IMG/VR virus record: IMGVR_UViG_3300035670_013228
Coordinates: 96,001 to 160,000 of that record
Source: a virus
Strand: one strand, 5' to 3'
DNA length: 64,000 bases
Below are positions 1 to 9,837 of this stretch, piece by piece. The notes beneath the pieces were generated by a model. It saw only the letters and a list, made by a program, of their open reading frames with translations. It was not told the origin of the DNA and searched no databases. The position numbers were made by a program, and so were the translations under genes. Each line of letters opens with the position of its first letter. The first letter of the stretch is position 1.

Positions 1-2
1 AT

Positions 3-3000
3 AAAAATTTTTCTTCTACAGGTTATGTTTATAACACAGAAACAGAATGCGATACTGCTGTAGAGTTATATAGAGTATCATCTTTATCTGGTCCGTTTTT
101 AATGCCAACCGACGATAATGGTAATAGACTGCTCAGAGTTGTAGGTTCTAATGTTATAGTCGGTAAAAAAATTGTTGTACAAATCACCAACAAAGAAGGA
201 CAACCAATTTTAGGAGGATCAGGATCAGAAGATAATACATATATTAAAATTTATACAGAATTTAGATTTAGAGACAAGATATTAGATACTGATTTTGATT
301 TGGTGTGGCCAACCGAACCGAATAGATCATCCGTAGTAGTTTACGACGGTAGAATGATATCAACAGATAAAGATATTTTATTGTCTAATAAAAAATATAT
401 GACAAAATGGGGAGATTTAATAAAATATGATAATGAGCTATTTAATAATCCTCATTTGTTTTCTTACGCACAAATACCTACGAGCATATATAATAATCTA
501 TTTTTAAAACAAATTGTTAATGATAATTTATCTAGTGGTATTTTTAAATTAGATATTAATAGAGACAACACTAATGAATTAGATAGAATAGAGTGTTTAG
601 GAAACATATCTTTACCGTTAGACTTACGATATTATACATCAGAAAACAAACCATACTATTGTATATATCAAAAATATGATTTGGATCATACCAAACCATG
701 GAATATAGGACTAGACCAGTATCAAAATTATATTCCTATGATGGAAGTTAATTTTTCAGAAAAAATACCCGATGCTATGATTAGCGGTACGATACTATCT
801 TCTGCGTTATATAGAAAAAACACAGTATTAGATTTTGCACCATTTTATCATATACCAGCTTTGGGCACAGAAGATGATTTTCTATTTAATGCTATTAATA
901 ATGAAGAAGAAAGATTAAGAAGATCAAAAAGAATAAGTGAAATAGAAAAAATTAAAAGAGAACAAATATCTGATAATGCATATAGTCTTCGTAATGATTA
1001 TCGCCCCCCACAACATAATGTTTTTTTTATTAAGATACCGAATATTTTTAAAAGTACTATTGGTTTTTCTAATCCCAGAGGAGATTGGATAGAAACTTTG
1101 AAAGTTCAAACGCCAAGATATGTTTTAGCCAAAACTATATTAGAAGATAATCAAGTATCGCGAGATGATGTTAGACAAATATTTAGACCTATTAATCTTA
1201 ATATTATAGATAATCAAGCATTAATTAATAATAGCATGAATACTGATGCTTTTATTTTCGGTTCGGTAGAACGAGACACTCCTTTTATTTCTAGAACGAT
1301 ATATGCCGATATAGACAAACCAATGGATAATACTGTTGGCTGTGGATCAGAAAAATGCGAAATAACAACTGCTGGCGATATTAATTTAAGAGCTAACTAT
1401 ACTACATTTTTAAGTAGATATGCTACATATGAACAGTTACTACGCGGTACAAATTTTGAGCTCACATATGATGCTGGAACAGTTAATCTTGTTGGTTTGC
1501 GTCGTAATATGTCTAAAAAAATAGTTAGAACAATGTTGGATCCAGATAATCCTATTTTTTATGATAATACTTGTTTAACTACTACTCCAAAACCTAAAAT
1601 GCCATTTTATAGATTGCTTAATGATATAGACGCACAAGACTATTTGAATAACCAATATGCAGATAATGGAAATAGTATATCTCCAGAATTAGACATTTTA
1701 GATGATAATGCTAATGAAATGCTTTTTAGATTACTAAATGGTGAAAATCAAAAAATCAACAGAAAACAATTATTTAAGAAAAATTATATACTAACACAAA
1801 ATGAATTAATAAATTTTGTAGAACCAGAAATTACAGCTAAAGAAATTTATAATCAAATTTTATATAACTATGATAGTAGAATTAATCCAGGAGCTAATAT
1901 TAGTGGTTCATTAAATATTAATGGTACAAAAAATATTGGTGATTTTATTAGTATAGATATTTATAATGTAAATATACAGCTAAGTATTGTACAAGTTGAC
2001 GGAAACAATGTTGTATTAGTGGGTAATATTGGTAATAATAATGTTAATGAGCTTTTATATAGAAGAACAGAAACGCAAAATAGTTTGATAGTGGTTGAAT
2101 ATTCAACTTCGACATCTTCTGCGGCAGCAGCGGCGATATCGGCGGGATATCGTCCGGGAACAGGATCTGACGGAATTTTGGTACCACCCGACACAGAACC
2201 AAATATTATTCCTGCTGATCCGGAACCAACCGACGATAGCGAAAGTATAACACTAATAGCTACTCGTACTACTACTGATACTAGTATTGGTGTTTACGTT
2301 GATATAAGCATAAAAGAGGGATCTTGTGATCCGTGGAGAGAACCATTCGTAAGACCACCAGATTGTCCGGAACAAGGGGGATCCGAGATTGATCCAGTCA
2401 CTAATCTTCCTATTGGTGGACCCGTAGAAGAACCACCAGGATGTAAAGATCCTTGTCCATATGCTGGTGGAGCCGGGCTCGTAGATGGTCCAACAATGAT
2501 GACAGATATCCGAAGATGGAGAGGTTCAATAGAGTATGCTCCAACAACATGTGGGAAATCTAATTGGTACGATCCTTTTAAATATGGTTATTGTAGACAC
2601 ATAGATACTGAGGCTATTAAAAATAATCCAGAATTTAAACCAAAATGTGCAAATTGTAATTCATATTTTACTAATTATATTGATAATTACGATGGAATAG
2701 AAGGAGGTCCAGAATTTGATTATGAATTTCAAAAATGTTCTACCACATTTAGACTCAAAGGACACTTGTATAGACTTAAATTCACACCACAAAATGAAAG
2801 ACCATCATTTAGATGTAATCCGGAACTTTATAGTCCTTTCCTCCCAGCAAAAAATAATGCATGTACTGCAATTTTAGGAAATGTAGTAGGATGTTGGGCG
2901 GGTTGTACTCCTGGGCCAAAAAGTCCGAACTTTTGGCATCTGTCTAGAGTAGCAGATTGCTACAGCGATCCTTATGCACCATATTTTCTTTGTATTCCAA

Positions 3001-4244
3001 CTTTCGGAGATCCTTATCAATGTACTAAAGTATCAACAAGTAGCACAACCACAACAACTAGAAAAGTTTTCAAAAAAACCAAACAGATTGATTATGGTCC
3101 ATATACTCCACCAAGCTGTGCCGTTCCTTTTGTAAATATCTCATATACCAAAAATAAAGTAACTGTAAGCATACCATCTATCGGCAAAACTTACTGTTTA
3201 GCGATTAATTCTAATAGTAATTGTCCAATTATTAATATTGATATGCCCAAAAAATATACTGTAACAGAAAATATTACTAGTGAGTGTGTGAGCAATTGTG
3301 GAGATCCTGTTTCTATAGAAATTCAAGAAGAAAATAACGATTTTGATTTTGCTTATCAGGATTATACTGTGGTATGCGAACTAGGTCGTATATCTTATGG
3401 CGATTTACAGGGAGATGCTGTTGTAACAAATGGTTACAGGTGGCCCGATGGTTCATCAAGCGTACCACCGGGCGAATTTCCTCCGTGCGGAGATAGGGCC
3501 GGATGGATAATCTCGCTGTGCGGAGGAGGGCCGTTATGGTATAATTGTGGACCATTCTCCGAAAGAAATCTAACTTATGGAGGATGGACAGCTAGCGATA
3601 TGGCTGCTGGATGGAGACAAAAAATGGAAAATATATATAATAATGCTCAATTACCATGCAAGGTTAGTCCCGCAATACCAACAGAAGATATAATAGAAGG
3701 CATTATTCCTGGTTCATGCTCTTTAAATTTTCAAGATATTAGTCTTGAACAACCAAAATATAAAGATGTTAGTTATGATGAATTTGCTTCATCTTCATGG
3801 ACTGTAACTACATCTATTGCCTATATTACATATACCTATAGAAAAGCTAAAACTATACAAGATCATTTAATATCTGGAACTAATAATGGAAATATTAATA
3901 ATAGTATTGTAATAGAATATGAGAAAAATTCTTATATACCTTACGTGAGAACAGTAAACGGTATTGGCTCTTGTAAAGAGTTAGGTTTCCCACCGAGATT
4001 TCTAGCAGACACAGATTCGATTACAGGCGCATTATATAATACCTTTAAATTAACTTCACCGATTTATAGAAGAACATCTTGCGATACTGCTCCTACTTGT
4101 TATTATGATACTAAACTAGACGATAAACAAAGTCCTTGCAATTATGGAGATTGGATATGTTGGTCAACCGTCGGTTCTGCTAATAGAGCCTCGTTTTTAA
4201 ATAGAATATTCAAAGATCCTACAGGAAATAATAGGTGGGTATAA
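3..4244 (+). CDS. Large hypothetical protein, Cys-rich C-terminal half, 5'-partial (possibly virion-associated)
   Basis: ORF track gives 102..4244, but the same frame has no stop from position 3 to 102 (KNFSSTGY...GPFLM), so the gene runs off the window. No recognisable family. Confidence 0.8.
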   Translation, partial: KNFSSTGYVYNTETECDTAVELYRVSSLSGPFLMPTDDNGNRLLRVVGSNVIVGKKIVVQITNKEGQPILGGSGSEDNTYIKIYTEFRFRDKILDTDFDLVWPTEPNRSSVVVYDGRMISTDKDILLSNKKYMTKWGDLIKYDNELFNNPHLFSYAQIPTSIYNNLFLKQIVNDNLSSGIFKLDINRDNTNELDRIECLGNISLPLDLRYYTSENKPYYCIYQKYDLDHTKPWNIGLDQYQNYIPMMEVNFSEKIPDAMISGTILSSALYRKNTVLDFAPFYHIPALGTEDDFLFNAINNEEERLRRSKRISEIEKIKREQISDNAYSLRNDYRPPQHNVFFIKIPNIFKSTIGFSNPRGDWIETLKVQTPRYVLAKTILEDNQVSRDDVRQIFRPINLNIIDNQALINNSMNTDAFIFGSVERDTPFISRTIYADIDKPMDNTVGCGSEKCEITTAGDINLRANYTTFLSRYATYEQLLRGTNFELTYDAGTVNLVGLRRNMSKKIVRTMLDPDNPIFYDNTCLTTTPKPKMPFYRLLNDIDAQDYLNNQYADNGNSISPELDILDDNANEMLFRLLNGENQKINRKQLFKKNYILTQNELINFVEPEITAKEIYNQILYNYDSRINPGANISGSLNINGTKNIGDFISIDIYNVNIQLSIVQVDGNNVVLVGNIGNNNVNELLYRRTETQNSLIVVEYSTSTSSAAAAAISAGYRPGTGSDGILVPPDTEPNIIPADPEPTDDSESITLIATRTTTDTSIGVYVDISIKEGSCDPWREPFVRPPDCPEQGGSEIDPVTNLPIGGPVEEPPGCKDPCPYAGGAGLVDGPTMMTDIRRWRGSIEYAPTTCGKSNWYDPFKYGYCRHIDTEAIKNNPEFKPKCANCNSYFTNYIDNYDGIEGGPEFDYEFQKCSTTFRLKGHLYRLKFTPQNERPSFRCNPELYSPFLPAKNNACTAILGNVVGCWAGCTPGPKSPNFWHLSRVADCYSDPYAPYFLCIPTFGDPYQCTKVSTSSTTTTTRKVFKKTKQIDYGPYTPPSCAVPFVNISYTKNKVTVSIPSIGKTYCLAINSNSNCPIINIDMPKKYTVTENITSECVSNCGDPVSIEIQEENNDFDFAYQDYTVVCELGRISYGDLQGDAVVTNGYRWPDGSSSVPPGEFPPCGDRAGWIISLCGGGPLWYNCGPFSERNLTYGGWTASDMAAGWRQKMENIYNNAQLPCKVSPAIPTEDIIEGIIPGSCSLNFQDISLEQPKYKDVSYDEFASSSWTVTTSIAYITYTYRKAKTIQDHLISGTNNGNINNSIVIEYEKNSYIPYVRTVNGIGSCKELGFPPRFLADTDSITGALYNTFKLTSPIYRRTSCDTAPTCYYDTKLDDKQSPCNYGDWICWSTVGSANRASFLNRIFKDPTGNNRWV

Positions 4245-4246
4245 TT

Positions 4247-4711
4247 ATGTTTTGTGAATTTGAAGATACAAAAAAAATCTATAATAATAAAAAAATCTAT
4301 AAATGTAAAAATTGCAAATTGGAAGTTGCTTTAGAAAATCCACAAACCAAAATTATTTGTTTTCATTTTACCAGGCAAGATATAGATGCTTCTTTATTAG
4401 CGGCTGATTTTCAACCATCAGTAAATTATGGTCATATAGATGATCCAACATCTTTTATAAGACAGCAGGCAGAAAATCATCTAGTAAAAATGGGCAAAGA
4501 TCCTGCTACTCCAACGTATGATCCAAAAGATTTATTATGTTCAGAGGACCAGATCAAAGACAGAATGAATATTTGTAAAACATGCGAATATTTTCAAAAT
4601 AATTCGTGTAATTTATGTGGTTGTTCTATTACTAGAGATAAAAACTATCATAATAAACTAGCTAATAAACAAGCTAGTTGTCCAGCTAAAAAATGGGGAC
4701 CTATTAGTTAG
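4247..4711 (+). CDS. Small Cys-rich protein (DUF6171-like C-terminus)
   Basis: ATG at 4247, 2 nt after the upstream stop. C-terminal RMNICKTCEYF...CNLCGC...ASCPAKKW resembles DUF6171-type phage proteins. Confidence 0.7.
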   Translation: MFCEFEDTKKIYNNKKIYKCKNCKLEVALENPQTKIICFHFTRQDIDASLLAADFQPSVNYGHIDDPTSFIRQQAENHLVKMGKDPATPTYDPKDLLCSEDQIKDRMNICKTCEYFQNNSCNLCGCSITRDKNYHNKLANKQASCPAKKWGPIS

Positions 4712-5687
4712 TAAAAGTTTCTATAACTTGAATATCTTGTCCCAAAACAACAACTGAATTTCTAGTATATACACCCTTTAGAGTTTTGATACGCACAGTC
4801 ACAGGAACTCTAGTATTGCTCGTCCAACTTCTAAAGAAATGCACACCCACAACAAATCTTCCGTGCGGAGAGCTGTTGTAGGGCCAAAAAACATTTTCTA
4901 TAGGATTATTATTTCTAGGTCCTCCAGCATTCATATCAATATCCAAAATCGCTCCGGATACACCGGCTCTTTTTCTCCAAAAAATAATCTCATTAATTCC
5001 GGATCCAATATATTGAACATGTAAGTCTATATCATCGGGAGTAGACCATGATAAAGATATTTGAACATCTCCTGTTCCGGCCCCATACATTTGTATTTTT
5101 TCTTCTATAGAATTTGTAGCATTAGGAGCACCTGTAGAGACGCTAGGAGTAATGGTTCGTTTAGGAATACCTTTGCCAATGGAAGTTCCTTTAGACACAA
5201 GTTGTTTTAAGGTATTGTCGGCACTCGTTTGACTTGTTGAATTCTCGCTTTTAACTTTTACAGGAGATTCTACATCATCAAACATTCTGTCGATATTAGG
5301 CTTGTGATTTACCATCGATTCCAATAGGGTAGATTCCTCCATCGAAACAATATCCGAGGTGTCAGATGATTCCGGTATTGATTCTTCCTCGAATACCGGA
5401 TTGATACTGGACTCTGGTTCCGTAATCAGTTCGGTATTATTGGTGTCTGTAACAAAATGCGATGTTGTTACTTCTAGTTCCAAGTTTACTGTATTGGTAT
5501 TGTCGTACTCAACCACCTCAGACAATGAAGATAGTTCAATAACTATAGGAGGCTTTTGTTTTTCTGCAACTATAAACACAAATGACAGTGTTAATAATAC
5601 AACGCAATGTATTATTAAGCTTTGCCAAAAACCATGTTCATAACCATAAAATACAATATTATCAATTATTCTTGTTCTTTTTTCCAT
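4704..5687 (-). CDS. Membrane-anchored protein with C-terminal YfaP/DUF2135-like domain
   Basis: N-terminal hydrophobic helix (FWQSLIIHCVVLLTLSFVFIV), acidic linker, then VQISLSWSTPDDIDLHV...LDIDMN...PIENVFWP. Start taken at ATG 5687 (track 5696). Confidence 0.65.
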   Translation of the reverse strand: MEKRTRIIDNIVFYGYEHGFWQSLIIHCVVLLTLSFVFIVAEKQKPPIVIELSSLSEVVEYDNTNTVNLELEVTTSHFVTDTNNTELITEPESSINPVFEEESIPESSDTSDIVSMEESTLLESMVNHKPNIDRMFDDVESPVKVKSENSTSQTSADNTLKQLVSKGTSIGKGIPKRTITPSVSTGAPNATNSIEEKIQMYGAGTGDVQISLSWSTPDDIDLHVQYIGSGINEIIFWRKRAGVSGAILDIDMNAGGPRNNNPIENVFWPYNSSPHGRFVVGVHFFRSWTSNTRVPVTVRIKTLKGVYTRNSVVVLGQDIQVIETFTN

Positions 5688-5989
5688 TTGTGCCAACCGT
5701 TATTTGGTAACCAATTGCCTTCATCATCTTTTCTTTTAGGAAATAATGTGCCGCCTTTTTTATGTTGACCGAAAGCTAAAATAGCTCCGCAATCCATACA
5801 TCTCAATTCATAATAATCATTACCCTCTACATTTCGTACAATAAATCTGAGATTAGTACTTCCGCACAACCCACATTTTGTTTCTCCAAAAATTTCCTGT
5901 ATAAGAGCTATCTCCTTAAAAACTTCCTTTTGACCACTACCCTCTAATTCAAACTGCAATTTATCATTAGCCTTATATAGTACTTTCAT
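5666..5989 (-). CDS. Zinc-ribbon hypothetical protein
   Basis: CGLCG and CMDCG pairs; tightly packed in the operon. Confidence 0.7.
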   Translation of the reverse strand: MKVLYKANDKLQFELEGSGQKEVFKEIALIQEIFGETKCGLCGSTNLRFIVRNVEGNDYYELRCMDCGAILAFGQHKKGGTLFPKRKDDEGNWLPNNGWHKWKKEQE

Positions 5990-5992
5990 ATA

Positions 5993-6709
5993 TCACTTCC
6001 ATTCTGTTTCGTAGCCTTTAATGTTTTCTGAAATCGAAGCAGCATTCTGTTGTAGACTATTCAGATTTTGTATTATAGAAACCGCCTCGTGGTGTTTTAT
6101 ATTATATACAGAATCGCAGGATATGTCAAGATGCTTCAATAGTTTTACGACATTAACGTTTAGTCTTTGTGCTAGTACATCTATAAAATTGATTTGATTA
6201 ACGCTAATTTTAGACACACTATCTCCATTCGGATCATCTTCGATATTTGATGATATTTCTTCTGCCGCTACTACTTTGCGTAATTTTAATGCTCTTCTTA
6301 AGGCTCTTCCTTCTGCTCTTGTTTCGGCCACGGCCACGGGATGATTACGATATACTTTGTCGCAATTGCCCCAATAAACGTCCGCAGAGCCATCCACAGT
6401 CTGAATATTAATTCCGTCTGGGTCTGGAGTACCCGGATTTAAACGATACGTCAACGAATGAATAACCGTTGCTCTTTTTTCATTGTCCGGGCTGGGAGAC
6501 TGAGCCACAGACGATGTTGACGACATTAATCTACAATTTAGAGCAATCTCAAAAATACGACGCAATCCATCTGTAGTGGGATTACCTGAAATTTTTTCGT
6601 CATCAGATAACAATCCTAATACATAATCTGTCCATCCCAAATCTGTTGGTTTTAGTGTGATTTCTTTACTATCTTTCGTGTCTTTAGTTTCTTTGGTTTC
6701 CTTTACCAT
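5993..6709 (-). CDS. Single-strand annealing protein (Rad52/Sak/ERF-like)
   Basis: Motif PVAVAETRAEGRALRRAL resembles phage annealing proteins; lies in the replication block. Confidence 0.55.
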   Translation of the reverse strand: MVKETKETKDTKDSKEITLKPTDLGWTDYVLGLLSDDEKISGNPTTDGLRRIFEIALNCRLMSSTSSVAQSPSPDNEKRATVIHSLTYRLNPGTPDPDGINIQTVDGSADVYWGNCDKVYRNHPVAVAETRAEGRALRRALKLRKVVAAEEISSNIEDDPNGDSVSKISVNQINFIDVLAQRLNVNVVKLLKHLDISCDSVYNIKHHEAVSIIQNLNSLQQNAASISENIKGYETEWK

Positions 6710-6710
6710 T

Positions 6711-7502
6711 TTAGTCCTCTATTTCTATAATTTTGGTATTGTCAAATGCCTTTTGGTCATTAAGTACTGATATTAAAAGATCATATAATTTATCTGCTCG
6801 ACTTTTGGAAAAGTCTTTCAGTTGTTTGATTCGTATCAATTTCAAGCCTTTGCCCAAGATGAGTCCTGATTTTTTATTATCATATTTTTGATTTCTTTTT
6901 AGGGTGTCGTCCCCCCATACTGGTAAAAAATGAGAAGGTCCATCTATTTCTATAGCAATGTTCATTGTTGGTAAGAACAGATCTATTTGCAATTTTGTTG
7001 TTAATAACATTTGTTCTTTGTGAAAATCTACTTTGAATCCATCAGCTAATAATCTATCTAGTAAATATAGTTCTAATTTAGATCCTGTTTTACTACTATC
7101 TCTAACAGCTTTATTCGCCAAATTCAGACGATATTGTTTTTCGTCATCTGTTAAATTGTCCCAAAGTTCTTTGGCGGTTTGTTTTCTTTTTTGTATTTCT
7201 TGAGCACTTAATCCTTCCCAAGATTTCATCACAGATAATCCTATTTTACTTTTTGTGTCGTCTGATCTAGATGTTCCTTTTGTGGGATGTTTATGAGCAC
7301 CTGTTTTTATAGCATTGGATTGTGCTTCGCTCTTGTTCCTGATCGGAATTTTATATTTTATAGCATCTCTTCTAATTTTATTCGAATATGTGTGGAGTAA
7401 TTCAGCAATATCAGAGAAGCTTTTTTTCTCTTTTACATATAAAGTATTTAAGATTTGTTTTTTATCTATATCAGAATAGTTCTCATAATTTTTGTATAAC
7501 AT
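6711..7502 (-). CDS. HTH/NUMOD3-like DNA-binding region fused to a DUF559/Vsr-like endonuclease (homing-endonuclease-like)
   Basis: HPTKGTSRSDDTKSKIG (NUMOD3-like); GSKLE...QIDLFLP..NIAIEIDGPSH...YDNKK...GLKLIRI (PD-(D/E)xK/EDxHD-like). Confidence 0.6.
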   Translation of the reverse strand: MLYKNYENYSDIDKKQILNTLYVKEKKSFSDIAELLHTYSNKIRRDAIKYKIPIRNKSEAQSNAIKTGAHKHPTKGTSRSDDTKSKIGLSVMKSWEGLSAQEIQKRKQTAKELWDNLTDDEKQYRLNLANKAVRDSSKTGSKLELYLLDRLLADGFKVDFHKEQMLLTTKLQIDLFLPTMNIAIEIDGPSHFLPVWGDDTLKRNQKYDNKKSGLILGKGLKLIRIKQLKDFSKSRADKLYDLLISVLNDQKAFDNTKIIEIED

Positions 7503-7950
7503 TATGCATATCCGTTGGGTTGTATTCGTCTATAATAGCTATTGGTGTTTTCCAACATATGTTATATTCCGCATATAATTTTGGATTAGAAACTATTAAC
7601 TCAAAGTCTTTATTCATAAATATGTCTTTCCAAAATACATAAGGAGCTTTTGTATTAGTAGACCAATCATTTGAGGTTAGATATAATACTTGTTTTTTAG
7701 GACACGGAAAAGTTCTTGTTAATAAAGCACTTTTAATATCGAATACAAATAGTATACCATCAAAATATTTGGCCTGATTGATATGTAATATGTAGTATTT
7801 ATGATCTAAGTCAACATTATTATATTTACTATTGAACAATACTATATTATCATAGGGTCTTAGTTTGCACAGACTATTAATGGATTCTAAAATTTTTGCA
7901 TGTTGTTGATTTTTAGAATTGATATCCAGTAGGTAGAATCCTATATTCAT
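7483..7950 (-). CDS. Hypothetical protein of the glycosylation cassette
   Basis: ORF overlaps its neighbours; weak GT-B-like character only. Confidence 0.55.
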   Translation of the reverse strand: MNIGFYLLDINSKNQQHAKILESINSLCKLRPYDNIVLFNSKYNNVDLDHKYYILHINQAKYFDGILFVFDIKSALLTRTFPCPKKQVLYLTSNDWSTNTKAPYVFWKDIFMNKDFELIVSNPKLYAEYNICWKTPIAIIDEYNPTDMHNVIQKL

Positions 7951-8732
7951 CTATCACCCATAATATGTGGTATTAAATACTTATCAATAAAGTATTTGTA
8001 TGTTTTTGTTTCTATGTTTGAAATTTTTTCTGTTAATCTGATATTATCTATAGCATCAATAATAGAATAGTTTACTATATCATAATGATTGATTCCAGAA
8101 GCTTGACTTTCTAGTAGATAGTTTTGGTCAAGATCAATAACTCCACTATAAAGAGAAAGAATATTTGCCAAATCAGGATAATTAAAAACGCCGACATTAA
8201 CTTCTGATTCGTATTCTGGATTATTCATAACTACTATTTGTCTATTTGTTTTTGGATAAATAATATCTGACAATAACTCTATATTTTTTTCATTATTTTT
8301 TGAGAGCAAAACAACGATCTTATTATTTCTTTCCGGGCCGGTATCAAAGAAAATAGTATGGTCATATAAATTATCAAATAAACATACTGTATTTTTATAT
8401 TTACTATCTATATTCTTTTTCAGCACAACATTTATATTGGTATTATTGATATGTTCAACAAATTTATCATCCACAAGACCATCTACAACAAGATAAATTT
8501 TTACAGAGTCGTCGTGGTCTCTGACAAAGTCATGAAATTCTTGGGTGTATTCCGATATATGCCAGACCAGATTAGAAAATCTGTGTTTTTGATATGTGCT
8601 GAATAACTTGCCGTGAAATTTGCCAAATAAAACATCGGTATTAGACATACTATTTATGCCGTCGATCAAGAACTTATTCATTCCTTTGCTGCAATTATTC
8701 TGAGCGTCGTGCAATAGTGTTGTTTGTTTCAT
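7947..8732 (-). CDS. Hypothetical, glycosyltransferase-like protein
   Basis: C-terminal DLANILSLYSGVI...LLESQASG resembles a degenerate GT-B donor-binding motif. Confidence 0.5.
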   Translation of the reverse strand: MKQTTLLHDAQNNCSKGMNKFLIDGINSMSNTDVLFGKFHGKLFSTYQKHRFSNLVWHISEYTQEFHDFVRDHDDSVKIYLVVDGLVDDKFVEHINNTNINVVLKKNIDSKYKNTVCLFDNLYDHTIFFDTGPERNNKIVVLLSKNNEKNIELLSDIIYPKTNRQIVVMNNPEYESEVNVGVFNYPDLANILSLYSGVIDLDQNYLLESQASGINHYDIVNYSIIDAIDNIRLTEKISNIETKTYKYFIDKYLIPHIMGDR

Positions 8733-9427
8733 TATGATATCTTATATTTGTCTCTGAGTCCTTTGATCTCTATGCTATCGGTAGTATTAATTTCATTAAT
8801 ATAAAATTTGTATCCGAATTTTTCTATTAGAAAATTAATAATCTCGAAATCAAACATATTATCGTAACAGTTGTCTATATCACATATGATACTCTGAGCA
8901 TCCCTCTTTGTCAAATAAAAACTTTTATTCCACAGATAATCTCCCATATTATAAAATATAGAACTAATCAATTCCGAATCGATTGTATTTATTCCGAGAT
9001 AATCAGTTTTTATACGATTTCTTTTGTGATGTTTTTTTGTTAATATCCATGATATATTTTTCTTTTTTGTAGAGATATTTTTAATTAGAGTATTAGAATC
9101 TAGAAAAAAAATACCATAATAATTATTTATTGTTGGCTTAATATGATTTAGAAATAGCTTGATAGCATAAGAATCATTTGTATTTTCATATTGAGAATTA
9201 TTAATTATATGCACATGTTTTTTTTTATCAAGAGATTTTATGATTTTGTCTTGTCCAAATCCAAGTACTAGAAATATGTCCACAGGGCCGAATATTTTAC
9301 GTAAATACTCTATTTGATAACTAATAAGTTCTTTCGATGCTTTATTCTTTTTCAGAGTGCCTATTGGACCATATGATTTCATGCCCTTAGTAATGTTATA
9401 TGATAATATACAACAGGCGGTTTTCAT
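8732..9427 (-). CDS. Sugar/choline nucleotidyltransferase-like (NTP_transferase/LicC-like)
   Basis: ITKGMKSYGPIGTL...ELISYQIEYL...FLVLGFGQDK...NSQYENTND pattern. Confidence 0.6.
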   Translation of the reverse strand: MKTACCILSYNITKGMKSYGPIGTLKKNKASKELISYQIEYLRKIFGPVDIFLVLGFGQDKIIKSLDKKKHVHIINNSQYENTNDSYAIKLFLNHIKPTINNYYGIFFLDSNTLIKNISTKKKNISWILTKKHHKRNRIKTDYLGINTIDSELISSIFYNMGDYLWNKSFYLTKRDAQSIICDIDNCYDNMFDFEIINFLIEKFGYKFYINEINTTDSIEIKGLRDKYKIS

Positions 9428-9837
9428 ATTGTTTTTTCTAGAGTAGAAATAGTATAAATTTGATCAAAATATATATTATTGGTTTTTAGTTTCATCTGAT
9501 TAATAATATCTAAAAATTCTGGTTCAGACCATGCCGAAAGAATGTGTTGAAATATACCAGAAAATTTTTCTCCTGTTATTTCTAGTTTTTCTATTTTAGA
9601 TGCTAATAAGCTCAAATTAATAAACTTAATAGATACAGTACCACCTAAACATAACTTATTTATTATAGTCACAAATAAATTATTTCTTTCGTCAAAAGTA
9701 AAATTATCTAAACATAAACAGTCGATGTGGTTCACATAATTATTTGTAATATTATTGAGATTTTCAACATCAATATTATTTAATCCTTTTGGACATGTAT
9801 CATCAATATGTTTAACAATGTTGAGATTCGCTATCAT
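9424..9837 (-). CDS. Small degenerate methyltransferase-like protein
   Basis: IDCLCLDNFTF...IINKLCLGGTV resembles the back half of class I SAM methyltransferases. Confidence 0.35.
   Translation of the reverse strand: MIANLNIVKHIDDTCPKGLNNIDVENLNNITNNYVNHIDCLCLDNFTFDERNNLFVTIINKLCLGGTVSIKFINLSLLASKIEKLEITGEKFSGIFQHILSAWSEPEFLDIINQMKLKTNNIYFDQIYTISTLEKTI

Noticed and set aside
3440-3540. Locally GC-richer patch in the giant ORF as a second variable region
   Set aside because: Explained by Gly/Pro/Trp/Cys codons; adenines and A-ending codons are present.
4269-4295. Short tandem duplication (KKIYNNKKIYK)
   Set aside because: Low-complexity duplication with no evident function.
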